From contig NW_027191475.1 of NCBI RefSeq assembly GCF_011745625.1, positions 62,001 to 126,000 on the forward strand: a DNA stretch of 64,000 bases, given 5' to 3'. Shown here in pieces: positions 46,555 through 59,450 of this stretch. Below the pieces are notes generated by a model, which saw nothing but the letters and a program-made list of their open reading frames with translations, had not been told where the DNA came from and ran no database searches. The stretch is from Cladosporium halotolerans. Its lineage: Eukaryota. The position numbers were made by a program, and so were the translations under genes. Numbering within the stretch: the first letter of the stretch is position 1; the number at the start of each line of letters is the position of its first letter.

Positions 46555-49403
46555 GTTGAGATGTGTCGGCGGTTGAAGGGGGAAGCCGTTATATCATGTG
46601 ACGATGTTTCGACTGGATCGATGTTGGTAGACTCGCAGTGGTTTACGAGACTAGGAGGTATGCGGAGGACCTTTCAACAACGGTCGAATTGCACCAGAAA
46701 CAATTGGCGCAGCGATTATCGTAGCGGTCTGGAGAATCCCTGCCTCTTGAGACGCGGACCTGCAGTAAGGTGATTGGAGGCGAGATAGGCTGCTGATTGC
46801 TGATTGCTGAGCCAGTGGTCGAGATAAGAAGTGACGGAGCGTCGGGACTGGCGTTGCGTGACCGATCTGGCGGGCGGATGGGTCGACGATAGACGCGATT
46901 CGACGAGTCGAGAGGCGACGGGGTGCCTATGTACAACGACTGGCGGCCGTGTAGAGTCTCGGGGGGCGAGTAGAGGCGAGGACGACGAGGGCACGTGTGT
47001 GTACTGTCTGCTGCATAGCGAGGGCGAGGGGGGTGGGCGGCGATATGGGTGTATAAGGCGAAGGCGATAGGGCGAGCGTCAGTGAACGGCCGCTTCCCCA
47101 AAGGTGGGTTCCGCGGGTCGCTAGAGTTCAGACCAGGGCCACCAGGACCAGGACCCTCGTCGGAATCTAACCGTATGCTGACAGGCGTCGTGCGACACCT
47201 CGCGCTTTGTTCGGGCGAGGGAGGCTTAGGCTCGCTGCGCTGCGCGTCGGCGCAATCAACGCTGCCAGTTTCATCTCGTCGCCGCCGGGCCAGCCCTACC
47301 TGCCTCCGACTTCCGCCGTGAGATTGCACAGTATGGCCCCCTCACAGTGACACAGGTATCGTGAGGGCGACGACGAGACAACCAGGCGCGCAGGCCGTCG
47401 ATCCGCGGAGACGAGCCCAGCCATGCCAGTGATCGCGATGGGCGCGGCGGCGGGCAGCGCTGATGATGTGTGTGCCCGCAGCGTGCAGAGCGACCGTTGA
47501 CAGACGTGCGGCGACCTTATCTTCGCCCAATCACCACGGCCATAATCGGGACGCACAGGCGCGCAGCAGGCCGGGGCAGGCAGGGCGGCATCCCTGCTAA
47601 GGGCCTGCTGGCACGCTCCATCGTCGCTAGCGAACACGCTGCCGCCGCCGGCCAAAAGCTTGGAGGATGCCTCAAGCGCAGGCCTCGAGGGCGAGGAGGG
47701 CTCGCCCGGGGCCAACGCGGCCATGCTGCGGTGCGACACCACGCAAACCCGCAGTTCACAGCCGTGGCAGCGTGCCCGCGCTCCTCCCACCGGGTCGAGC
47801 CTCAGAGGGCAGCATGTCGCGTGCGCTGCCCGTCCGTGCAGACCGCCAGACGTTGAAGGACAGGCGTTGCTTTTACGTGACCGGGTCCATATTCATCCCA
47901 CGACATTTCCAATCAGCCTCGTCCTAATCCCTTCTGGTCACCAAGGCTGGCGGACGTGCGCCGAGAAACGTGGGATGACCTTTGGGGAGGTCGAGAGCGG
48001 CATCGCCTACTCCAGCCTCGCTCGCCGCGTCGACGGTTGCCGTGCCGGCGTGTATGGCCTTGAATAATGCCCAGATGTGTTATTATGTACCATGTAGCCA
48101 GAGATAGCACGATCGTTGCCACCGGAGCCGGCGTGCTGCAGGCAGACGGCAGCCGGCCAGCTACAGCGGTACATACCCACAGCCGTCCACAGCCGGTCTC
48201 GATGCCTCGATTGGACGTCCTCGCACACGGCGCGTGAGACAGCAGGCGGGCAAGTGCCGTGGTTGGCCTGGCGCAGCGCTGGGCTTGCGGGCAGACTGGC
48301 GAGACGGGTATGTACACTGGCTCGACTACTGGCAGTGGTGGGTGGCAGAGGCCGCAGGGCTAAGGACGGTGGGTGGAGCGTGTCCCAACAAATCTCCTGC
48401 AGGTCATCCTCGGCCGGCGGATGGTGTCCTCAGGCCGCCGTTAGCGTGTTCACTGCTCTGACCAGCCGTGCTCCCTTCTCTGCTCTGTTCTGCCGACCGC
48501 CGTCTGGCGTGGTGCCTCGGGGGCCACTGGTGCGTGCCTCTTGCGAAGCCTTGCGGCTCTTGCCCCATCTCCAGCCTCCAGATGGCCGGGTCTGGCTCGT
48601 GTTCGAGGGCCCTGACTCCTGTCCGAGTTTCTTCCATGACCTACCGGCTGGCGCCGGTGCCAACTTACATCACAGCAGACTTCCACACCCCTTCTGGACG
48701 AACCTTGACCTATTGGGCGTCGTGAGTTGCCCTTCGACATCACTTCTCCGGATGATCGACGCTTTTCCGTATCGTCTGCTGCGAGTACTTGCTGTATCTA
48801 GACACGGGCAATTTTAGGTTTTGATATGAACAACGACTCCCGACAAACGTCTGATCCATCTACATGTTGCCTTCCAGATACAGCCATTCCTCGTCTGAAA
48901 GTTCGTTGGTCTTATGACTTCGAGCATCCTACGCATTCACATATAGCTAGCATGTCACGCTCTCCGAGCAGACCTCAGTAGTGTTGACAGCCCCAAAGAG
49001 AATGAAACATCTTATCTTTTCTTTTTATTTCGAAGAGCTCAAAACCTCGAAACGCACTTTCAGCATCCCTCATAATGCTGGCCCACCCCTCAATCCTTGA
49101 AGCGGACCTCGGCTCGCAATTCGGCTCCCGACACGTCAGGCGTGTCGCCTCGGTCGCTTGCGCAAGCTGATGCCGCTATATCAACCGAGTAATGGCCTTG
49201 ATGGCCCCGGCTCTCGAACCCTGCAGATCGCATCTTGACCGCACCTCATCATCCTATCTGCGGAGCCTCCACGTCCGCACAGCACCACTGCAGGGACCGG
49301 TCACCGCCACGTCGTTGGTTCCCTCGAAGCCTCGCGCAACGCGACCGTCCCCGGCTATATCTCGTGGCTATCATTTACCCATATCTGCCTGCTTTTTCTT
49401 GGA

Positions 49404-51815
49404 ATGTCCGCGCAGCAGGCCGGCGGGCAGTCGCTGAGCGAGCCTCCGGCGATCCCGCTGCCGCCCGCTCCAGACGATGCCCTGACTGCTGAGCAATGGG
49501 GCATCTTCGCCGCCATCGCCGACACTGTAATCCCTTCCTTCACTGCCGCTAAGGGCAACAGACTGCTTCAACACCCGTTGAGCCCGGGTGTATACGCGGG
49601 TTGCAGAAACAGAGTCCTGGGTATCGCAGGCGCTCAGTCGGAAAATGGACTCGTGGACGCCTATCTGGGCGAGAGCGCCACCACGCAGGCGGAGTTCAGA
49701 AACAGCTTCTTCCGTATGGTGGGATGCAGCATGGACAATGCCTCGAGGAAAGGCTTCCTGTTCATCCTGAATGCACTCAAGTAAGGATTGTCAATTTTCC
49801 TTGTGTCGTGACCGTCCCCGTGTAATATTCATGATTCCATTTCACGAGAGCGCAGATATCACCGTATGCAATGGCATTTGCACATGAGATAGCTAACACC
49901 CACAAGCACACGAGCCGGCTCTCTCTTCTTGACCGGATATGCCACTCCGCTCGACTGTCTGCCCATCCAGGATCGTGAACGTGTACTGCAAGGATGGGCC
50001 ACCTCAAGATTCGCCACCCTCCGAAGCCTGCATACTTCCATGACCGCTCTTTGCACCTCTCTCTGGGTCCGCACATCGCCAACATTAGGAAAGGTCCTTG
50101 GATACCCACGGGTACCCGTGCACGGTAGCCCTGCCAAACAAGGCTATCCATTCAGGTTCCTACAGTTCCCACCTTCGACATCGCCAGAGCCAGAAGTCAT
50201 CGAAACCGATGTTGTCATCGTCGGCAGCGGCTGCGGAGGCGCCGTTGCTGCCAAAACCCTCGCCGAAGCTGGCCTCAAGGTACTGGTTGTCGACCAGGGA
50301 TACTACTGGTCCCCAGAGCGTCTGCCCATGTCGGAGCGAGAAGGTACCGCCAATTTGTTCGATAACGGCGGCATGATCGCCGCCAGCGGAGGCGCTGTCA
50401 CCATCGCTGCTGGCCGGGCTTGGGGAGGTGGAGGCACGGTGAATTGGAGCGCCTCGTTGCAGACGCAGGGCTACGTCCGGGATGAGTGGTCCAACAAGTT
50501 CGGCTTGAAGCACTTCACAAGCGCGGAGTTCCAGCAGGACCTGGACGCCGTCTGCGATCGTATGGGCGTCGGTACGGACGCAATCGAGCACAACAAGACC
50601 AATCAGGTCCTTCTCGAGGGTGCTAGGAAGCTAGGCTGGAGCGCGAAAACCGTGCCACAAAACACCGGCGGCGAAGCCCACAACTGCGGCTACTGCACGC
50701 TGGGCTGTGGCAGCTGCGGCAAGAAAGGGCCAACAGAGACCTTCCTCCCCGACGCCGCCAAAGCAGGCGCAGAGTTCATTGAAGGCTTCCAATGCGCCGA
50801 GATCCTCTTCGACCAACCCCCAACCGCCCAACAACGCAGCGCAACCGGCGTCCGCGGCCGCTGGACCGCCCGCGACGCCTCCGGCAACGTCGCAGACCCC
50901 AACCGCCCAACCCGCGCCCTCACCATCAAAGCCCCACGCGTGATCATCTCCGCCGGCACAATCCACACGCCCCTCCTCCTCAAGCGCTCCGGTCTCGCCA
51001 ACCGCCACATCGGTCGGCACCTGCACCTGCACCCGGTCTCCATGCTCGCCGCCGTCTGGGACGCTGACGTCCGGCCCTGGGAGGGCGCCATCCTCACCGC
51101 CGTCGTCAACGAGTTCGAGAACCTCTCCGGCGACGGCTACGGCGCCAAGCTCGAGGCCCTCAACATGCTCCCGGGCTTCTTCCTGCCCGCCTTCCCCTGG
51201 CGCTCCGCCCTGCACGCCAAGCAGTTCGCCGCGAACATGAAGCGCGCGACGGGCTACATCTCGCTCGCGCGCGACCGCCACGGCGGCACCGTCGAGCCCG
51301 CGCCCGAAGACCCCTTCCGCCCCAGCATCACCTACGCGCCCTCGTCCTTCGACCGCAAGAGCATCCACACGGGCCTCGTCGGCCTCGCCCGCCTGCTGTA
51401 CGTCGCCGGCGCCCGCGAGCTGCACTCCACGCTCCCCTCCCTACCCCCTTTCATCCGCCCCTCCGCTTCCCCCTCGTCCCACGAGACTCTCACGCCCATC
51501 GAACACCCGTCCCTCAACGACGCGGCCTTCGCCGCCTGGCTCGCGCAGCTGCAGGCGTCCGAAGGGCCGGCGAGCTTCGCTTCCGCGCACCAGATGGGGT
51601 CGTGCCGGATGGGCGCGACGGAGAGAGAGGGCGCGGTCGATGGCGAGGGCAGGCTTTGGGAGGTGGACGGCGTGTGGGTTGCGGATGCGAGCGTTTTTCC
51701 TTCGGCGAGCGGGGTTAATCCGATGGTTACGACGATGGGAATTGCGAGGGGGTTTGCCAGGGGAGTTGTTAGGGGGTGGAAGGCTGAGGGGGAGGGGATT
51801 AGGGCGAGGTTGTGA
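49404..51815 (+). CDS. Long-chain fatty alcohol oxidase/dehydrogenase (GMC oxidoreductase), PTS1 ARL
   Basis: Intron 49781..49906; DVVIVGSGCGG, GGGGTVNW, CGYCTLGC, SAHQMGSCRMG, DASVFPSASGVNPM, ends IRARL*. Confidence 0.92.
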
Positions 51816-52165
51816 GGGGTTGGGGGTTTGGGCTTGTTGGACGGGGCGAGAAGTCGGTTGTTCGGAAGGAGAGGGGGTGGCTCTCTCTGCGGGAGCATTG
51901 TTATTCCGTGGTGCGAAGGCGATGGCAGCACGTCGTGTTGCCTTGCGTGTATCAAGATGCTTTGAAACACGGGCATTCTTTGGCAATTTGTCAAACCGAG
52001 AGATCAAATTTCCGCCACATGCAACTATACGCTGGCGCAGACTTTCGGACGCACGCAGAACTTTGAACGGAATATTGTTGTATTAGTTGTTTACCAGAAA
52101 AAGCATGCATGTATATACTCTCACATTACCCTCACATTACACCGCCCCTCCACCACCATCAGTAC

Positions 52166-53212
52166 CTACCTCCTCACACCCCCCATCTCAATCTCCCTCC
52201 TCCTCTCCTCCCTCTGATCCTCCCTCCTCGCAACCCCCCTCCAAACCCCATCCCACGGCCTCAGCGCCGCGCCCCACCTCGAGCCTCCCGCCCTCTGCTG
52301 CCCAGCCGGCGACTCGTCCTGCTCCTGCTCCTGCTCCTGCCAGTCGATGTGGAACGTGCTTTGTTGCTGTTGCTGTGGAGTCGAGGAGGAAGAGGGCGGC
52401 GCGTCGTTCGCCAGCAGCAGCATGAGCATCTGCTGCCGCTGCATTTCGTCCTCGGAGATGGGCGGCGGGTTGGGGTCTGGTGAGGGCGCCGGCGACGTCG
52501 ACGTCGGGTACATGTTGCGGATGTAGTTTGTGTAGTAGCCCTGGGGCTGGTAGGAGGTTGAGGCGTGGGAGTTGAGGGTCGAGGCGGCGGGGTCGTAGCT
52601 GGTGGTTGAGGGGGCGGCGAAGCTGGTGCGAGAGGGGGAGGCGAGTGGGTAGGGGTGCGTGGAGTTCTGGATGGGTTGTTGGTGCGAGCGGATGCTGGTG
52701 ACGCGGCGGTGGGAGAGGAGGAAGAGGCCTGCGTAGATTATGGTGCTGAGGCCGGCGGCTATGGCGAGGAGGAGCGTGGAGGTCTTCCAGGTGTAGGTGT
52801 TGGAGACGATGAAGTGGTAGAAGACGTTGAGGAGGCCGACGGCGCTGGCGAGGCCGCAGGGTTGGTGGATGGCGTCGGCTTGGAAGAGGGGGTTGCGGAT
52901 TGTGAAGGTGAGCAGGGCGCTGAAAGAGTAGCCTGCGGCGAGGATGGCGAGGCCGAAGATCCCGATTGCGGTTTGGTTGACGCGCAGGGTGGAGGGGTCG
53001 ACGTAGGTCGCTGGGAGCATAAGGTACCCGCCTAGGATCATGATCGACGAGGCAACCGCGGTCACCCTCCAGTACCATGTTACGGCATCTCTATCCGCGT
53101 GTAGGCCGTCCAAGTTCCGGTAGCTCGGTGCTCGTGATCGCATTGGCGCTTCCAGCAGCTTCAGCACATCTACAGCGAATTTCCTTCCTTTCGACCTCTT
53201 GGATGTATTCAT
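52166..53212 (-). CDS. Hypothetical membrane protein (about 4 TM, S/P/Q-rich tail), 348 aa
   Basis: Single ORF with four hydrophobic segments then ISEDEMQRQQMLMLLL. Confidence 0.7.
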   Translation of the reverse strand: MNTSKRSKGRKFAVDVLKLLEAPMRSRAPSYRNLDGLHADRDAVTWYWRVTAVASSIMILGGYLMLPATYVDPSTLRVNQTAIGIFGLAILAAGYSFSALLTFTIRNPLFQADAIHQPCGLASAVGLLNVFYHFIVSNTYTWKTSTLLLAIAAGLSTIIYAGLFLLSHRRVTSIRSHQQPIQNSTHPYPLASPSRTSFAAPSTTSYDPAASTLNSHASTSYQPQGYYTNYIRNMYPTSTSPAPSPDPNPPPISEDEMQRQQMLMLLLANDAPPSSSSTPQQQQQSTFHIDWQEQEQEQDESPAGQQRAGGSRWGAALRPWDGVWRGVARREDQREERRREIEMGGVRR

Positions 53213-54453
53213 GCCACTCCCTGGCCCGATATCTACCTCCTTCTGATCCTACTCCAGCACCGCGCGCATGCGCCTCTTATTGCGCTGCTTTGCCTGTCTA
53301 CCGGTATTGGGTTGCGCTGCCGTCTGCAAGTATGCGCCCGTCCTGAGATCCGTCGTACTCGGCTCGGAACGCCTGTGGGATACCGGCGAACCTCTTTCTC
53401 CAGGCTAGTGTCGCTCTCTTGTGCCTCTTTATATGATCCTGTTGCAAGCAGTCGCGGCGTCGAGCTGGTTGTCGTAGTCGCTCATGAGCCCTTCTGGCGG
53501 ATCCAGCGCAGCCTCTCCCCAACCCGGAATCGCAAAGCTGTACAACGTGCTCAACGTCACACAGAGAGTCTCAACTGCTGTGAATCCGGCACAAAACAAG
53601 CGGCCGGCGCCATCCAATAGGTACCTCGCCTCTAGCTTTCGTATCTGATCAGCGGACGTCAATCCGCCCGCTGGAGCCTGAGCTACGCAGCAGGCGAGGC
53701 TGGCGATGATCGACACATCTCTTGGCGCTGTTGATTCGGCTACTGCTGACTGTGTGACAGCTGTACCTGGAGGCCTGACCGGTGAAAGGTGAAGTTGCGA
53801 ATCTCCTGCAGGGCAATTAATCGGACTACATGTCTTCGAACATCATCCTGCGGCCATGTCAGCCCCGGCTGCGATCCGGCGGCTCCTTCAGACATCACGA
53901 AAGCGGCTAGCCGTTCCACCTGCTGTGCCTCGGCCCGTTGTCCCTTAAGAGTGTGAAGAAAGCTTGGATGCAGTTGTTGGATGATCCAACGTCGATTCCG
54001 GATACTGCTATGGATTAGTATGCTGAGTCTCCGACTACGGCGTGTCAATAGAAAGCATCACAACCCCTGAAGCAAATATGCTATATAACGTATCGCAGCT
54101 ACTCGGTATAGCTCTTCGACAATGTTAGTGCCGATGTGCCAACCACAGCTACCTTTGGAGCTATTCTATTTGGCACGGCGAAGGTCTGACATACTTCGGA
54201 AAAATGCCCAGAGTCACATTACAGAGCCCGCCAAACCGGGAAAGGCCAGTCATGACTTATGATATGGCCCGGAAATCTAAGACTTAAGCCACAGAATCGA
54301 TCTCTTCGGCGCCTAAAGTCCCTTAGGCACTTTTGGCGACCCTGTGGAAGGTAATTGTGTATCTGAGAGGTGCTCTGACCGGTTCAGGCACTTGGTATCT
54401 TCCGCTATCACTACTACCTGTTCTCGAATAAAGAGATCGCCGCTCAGAAAATC

Positions 54454-55840
54454 CTACACATTCTCATCTCCCCTTTTAAACAGCCCAGTGCCAACAGCCT
54501 TCCTGGGCACTCTCTCCTTCCCACGCTCCTCTCCCGCCCGCACAGAACCAGCTGTCGCAGCCGCTGTACCATCATCACCAACCGCCGGACCAGGAATAAT
54601 CAGAGCATCAAAAGGGGCACCCCCAAGATGCTCATGCACGTTTCCATGTGCATCCGTCTCCTCTCTCACGTCAAACCCCTCCTGCCTCCCAAGTCCATAC
54701 CGAAACCCAACGCCCTTCACCAACGGCACACAGTTGAACCTGAGATCCCACACGCTCGCAAAACACCCCCTATACGCCGCCACCGCCGCCACCAACCCGA
54801 TCCCCGCACCCGCAACAACATCGTACCAGTGATCCCACCCCGCCGCGACTCTCGCGCCAGCCAGCAGCGCCGCGCCCAGCAGAGGCACCCAAACCGCAAG
54901 CAGCTTCAAAGCGCCCGCGCGAACATTGCCGAAGACCCGCAGCTGCGCATTGAGGTACAGCGCCAGGAACCCGAGCCCCGCGAACGCCGCCGTCGCGGTG
55001 CCAGAAGGGAAGGATTTGAGTGCTTCAGAGACGGCGCCGTGCGCGCCGCGGCAGACGCGCCGGTCGTACATGATTTGACCGAACCCGGCGCCGGATTGTG
55101 AGCCATAGGGGGGCGTTGCGGGATCGCAGACGGTTAGGAAGTGCGGGCGTGGAACTGCGAGGAGGGGCTTGAGGGTTATTTGCGCGAGGGTGGAGAGGAG
55201 GAGGGCGTGCAGGAGGCCGAGGAGCGCGGTGGCTGTTGTTGCGAGTGAGCGAGCGCGAGGGTGCATTAGGAGGATGAGGATGAATGGGAGGAGGGTCGAG
55301 AGGATGGCCGACGCGTAGGTTGGTATGAGGGGCTTGCGCAGGGGGTAAGCTAGGGAGGGGGAGATGGTGTTGCCGTTTGGGTGGGAGACTGGGAAGGTGC
55401 GGTGGTGGATGGGGGCGGCGAAATGGATCTGGTGGGTGGTTAGTTGAGATGTTTGTGAGATTGGGCGACAAGTTTCTGCTGGGCTAGTGGCCGGTGTCCT
55501 TTGACGGAACAGCGTGATCGGAGGCATTTGGATGACCTATGCTAAGTTGACGGGGATTTGAGGAAATACTCACACCCAATGTCACAGCACCGACAACGGC
55601 CATAACAATGACATCGAGGATCGCCCCCTTCAACCACTGCCCAAACTTGGGTCGAGGATTCGGATTATCATTGCTCTCAGTTGCTTTCTCTTCGATGGCT
55701 GGCTGGCGGCCGCGACGTGCCATGAGTCCTCGAAGGCCGGTCTTCTCCGGCGCCGGCACTGGCGCTGGGGCATCGCTTGGGCCCACGGCCGTAGCTGTGT
55801 CAACGTCTGCAGATTTGGGCTTTCTGTTAAAGAAGGACAT
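54454..55840 (-). CDS. PAP2/lipid-phosphate-phosphatase family membrane protein with degenerate catalytic motifs
   Basis: Intron 55573..55429; FGQWLK, RTFP, KPLLAVPRPHFLTVC, ALKSFPSGT, FLALYLNAQL, HWYDVVAG. Confidence 0.85.
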
Positions 55841-56605
55841 GACTGATGTTGTTCGAGGGAGAAGACGTCCAAATAGGTTGATCACGGCTGCTTGGAGATC
55901 TGAGGTAACGAGGTAGGATGGTTTGAGGAATAGACAGAGGTGTAACACGTCGAGAAGACAACAGAAAGTATCAAGATTAGGTACATCAGTCAATGATACG
56001 CCTACCTATTGACAGCGTGCTCGTGACTGCAGTGAACGTAGGCAGGGTTGGTTTCTGATGGCGCTGCTTTGCTTCGCCATCATGCCCAGTCCCAGCAAAC
56101 GTAACTGGCAACGGGGAATGGTGAGCGAAGACTTGGTGAGTGACTCCATCGAAAATATCGAAGATGGAAATGGGGCCCAAGAGCCTTTGACTTGAATGTC
56201 CTTCTCTCCGAGTTTACGATGTATCGTAGCATACTGCCTTTCCTTCTGTGGCTTGAAGATTGTTTTTCTTTTCTGAACGAGAAAGCATGTATCCCGCAAG
56301 TCTTCGAAAAGATGGCTGGCGCTCGACACATGTGAGAGAAGATGCAAAGTGGTGGCGTAGCCGCAAGTTCGGCACTCGAAGCTTCAGCATGAGTGATGTC
56401 GAGAAGGTCCACGCTTGCATGTGGAGCCCCCAGGGCCCCAGTGCTCCGCAGTGGCTTGGAGTTTAACAACAACACCCAAATATAAAGTCCATCTCCCAAT
56501 CCCAAATCACTAAGCGGTCGCTTCTCAAGCTCAGTACCACCAAATCAAGCTCCAGATCAAGCTAGTGTTCCCACGCAAAACACAAACCCCTCAAACACCA
56601 CCAAA

Positions 56606-57142
56606 ATGACGACCGAAATCCCCCTCCCCCCACGCGAACTCGACGAAATCGACCGCATCGACAACTCCCTGCTCTTCCCAACCTTCACCGCCGATACAGC
56701 CTGGACGCTCGGCAACCTGCTGCGCCAGCGCCTGCTCCCTCACCCCAACCCGGTCGTAATCGACATCGCGCTCGCGCACGGCCAGCACACGCTCTTCCGC
56801 GCGACAACGCACCCCGGCACGAACCCCGACAACGACAGCTGGGTGACGCGCAAGCGCAACACGGTGCTGCGGTTCGGGAAGAGTACGTGGTTCGTGCATA
56901 ATAAGATGGCTGGGGACGAGGCGGCTTTCGCGCGCAAGTATGCGCTGGGCGAGAGGGCGGGCGAGTATGCGATTCATGGCGGCGGGTGGCCGGTTAGGGT
57001 CCGGGGGGTCGAGGGTGTCGTGGCGGTTGTGGTTGTCAGTGGGCTGAAGCAGGAGCAGGACCATGGGGTCATTGTCGCTGTTGTTGGAGAGTTGCTGGAA
57101 CAGATGGGGGTTGAGATTGAGCAGAAGAGGAAGGAGGATTGA
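56606..57142 (+). CDS. UPF0303/HbpS-GlcG-like (DUF336) protein, yeast YBR137W-like
   Basis: FPTFTADTAWTLG, GTNPDNDSWVTRKRNTVLRFGKST, YAIHGGGWP, VVSGLKQEQDH. Confidence 0.85.
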   Translation: MTTEIPLPPRELDEIDRIDNSLLFPTFTADTAWTLGNLLRQRLLPHPNPVVIDIALAHGQHTLFRATTHPGTNPDNDSWVTRKRNTVLRFGKSTWFVHNKMAGDEAAFARKYALGERAGEYAIHGGGWPVRVRGVEGVVAVVVVSGLKQEQDHGVIVAVVGELLEQMGVEIEQKRKED

Positions 57143-57595
57143 GTGCTTTGAAGAGGGGTGGGAGGAGGGATATGGATGGATGACGGCACGGAAAAGTGGT
57201 GGTTGAGAAGGGGAACCTCGAAGAGAAGAAAATGAAAGATGTCAAGGTTGAACCTATGAGGCGGCATTGGGAGGAAGATACATGCTTTGCATCGGTGCAC
57301 GAACAAGCATAGCTGAAGGGGGCAGTCAAAGTAGCCCAATGACACACGAACGACATGAAAGTTCAACGGCTTTCTACACTGAGAAGCTACGTCGATTTCG
57401 CGTGGTGACCGCATCATTGTTAAGAGCCACACCGGGCACTATTCCAGCGGAGACTTATCATGTGCCCATGAGCTCCGTTTCGCAGAAGATGAGAAGAAAA
57501 TCTGTGGTGACGGCGATCTTATGGAGATCTGCCGAAAGGACCTCGCTTTGGAGGTGTTACTGTGGTGACATCGCCGGGATGTCGTTGAGCGAGCC

Positions 57596-59450
57596 TTAGA
57601 CGACCGTGCCCTTGACCTGTTTGAAATCTCTGATGTCCCTGGAGCGCCACATCATGACACAAGGGAACATCAGGCATAAGACCACGACGGCAGCGATGTA
57701 CATGGGTTTTAAGGAGTCAGCGTAAGCGGCCTGGATAGCGAGCCGGCCGGGGCTGCCCAACTCGTAGGCAAGCTGCTTGGTGAGGTCGGAGTAGATGGCG
57801 TCGACATTCCCGAGCTCGGACTTAGGCAGGTAGTGCATCAGGCTTTTCTTGAACGTGCTCGTCCAGATTGCGGTGGAGACGGTCTGGCCGACGGCACCGC
57901 CGATGCTGGAGAACGTGAACAGCTGGGCCAGGAGGACGGCGACGTACTGATGGGTCGACGCGCTCATGACGGCCGTTTGCCAGGTGATGACCAGAGTGCC
58001 GCCACCGAGAGCGATGAGAACCTGGCACATGATGATGTAGCCGATGTCGACGTCGGGCTGGCGGAACCTGATCATGAAGCCGGCGCCTATGATAGTGATG
58101 GGCACGCCAAAGTAAAGGCTTTGCCATTTGAAGCGCCCAGTCTTAAGAATCAACGCACCAACCGGCAAGGACCAAAGACAGCACCCTATGCTGTATATGT
58201 TCCCGATGTACGTCGCTTGCGTGATAGTTTGACCGGCGACAACCTGCAGGAACGATATGAACATGCCGTTCCAAAGGTAGAAACTGAAGAACATAATGCA
58301 TGCGAGTAGGTTTGCGCCGATCACGTTGCGGTCCTTGTAAAGCCAGTAAGGGAGATAGGTAACGGGGGCACCAAAGCGTTCCCAAAGGGCGAAAGTTACC
58401 AGCAGACAAGCACCAAGGACGATCAGACCGATTACCATCGCGCTTGCAAATCCGTCGGGCTGGCGTGAATAAAGATTGAATGGCAGGAGGAACACCGCAA
58501 AGCCAGAGATGAGTAACAGCAGCCCGAAAGCATCAAATTGGATCAGGTAATACTTCACTGACTCCATCTTTGATCGACCGTGCTCGTAGATGGGTATGAG
58601 GCCCGCCTTGACCGCTTGCTTGTACTGCCAGTACATGAGAGCGAAAAGTGGAAGAGCGCATAGGGGTGCAATGACTGCGAAGATGCCGAATCCCCATCGC
58701 CAGCCGAGACCAGTGAGTACTTGCTTCCCCTCAACCTCTTGCAAGCCCAGGAAAAGCGACGCCAAAGGCCCAGAAACCCATGAAGTCATAAGCCATGGGG
58801 ATGTGAGAAAGGCGAACATAAGACCTCTTTTGGACAGACTTGAGGTGTCGGCGACGAAGACGGCTAAGATGTAGTCCATGCCATTTTGTCCGATCCAGTA
58901 GAAGACTTGGGCCGCGGTGAAGGTCTTGACGTTGTTGCAAGCAGCCATCATGGCCAGGCCGAGCGTCAAAAACCCGATCATGATCGCGAAGCCTTGTGGA
59001 CGGCCCCATACATCGATCAGCTTTGCGAGGGGGAGTCTGGTTAATCCGCCGACGATGGCGGGCAGGACTTGCGTAGTTGAAGTGAGAGAGTGCAGGGCGA
59101 AATGGCTCATGACATAGGGCTGGAAGACGGCGGTCATGCCCTGCTCGAGCGCGGTGACGAATGCGACGACCCAGATCCTAGCAATGCAGTCAGTGTCGTG
59201 TACTAGATGCTTAGCAGGGTGATTGATCTTACAAGGCGTATGCTGCGACCAGGTGCTTCTTCTTCCAGGTCTGGGTGGTTGCTTCGATTGCCTGTACGCC
59301 AGGCTGCGCGCTCGGAGTGACGACCTCCTCGTCGACCTGGGCTCGAAGGCTCGAGCCAGGCAGCGACCGGAGGTCGATGGTGGGTTCTTCGGTCGCCGAA
59401 GCGACCGGCGCCAGCGCGCGCGGCCGAAGCCTGCCGAAGAGTTCCTTCAT
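57596..59450 (-). CDS. MFS siderophore-iron transporter (SIT/MirB-like)
   Basis: Intron 59232..59178; QPGVQAIEATTQTW, LPLAKLIDVWGRPQGF, FVADTSSLSKRG, WRWGFGIF, DFKQVKGTVV*. Confidence 0.9.

Noticed and set aside
46600..49400. GC-rich 2.8 kb region with many ORFs between the FYVE gene and the oxidase
   Set aside because: Low-complexity R/P/A/G translations on both strands; best read as divergent promoter and UTR sequence
53429..54048. Two minus-strand ORF fragments that look weakly protein-like
   Set aside because: No ATG-led gene model or family motif could be assembled; needs a homology search
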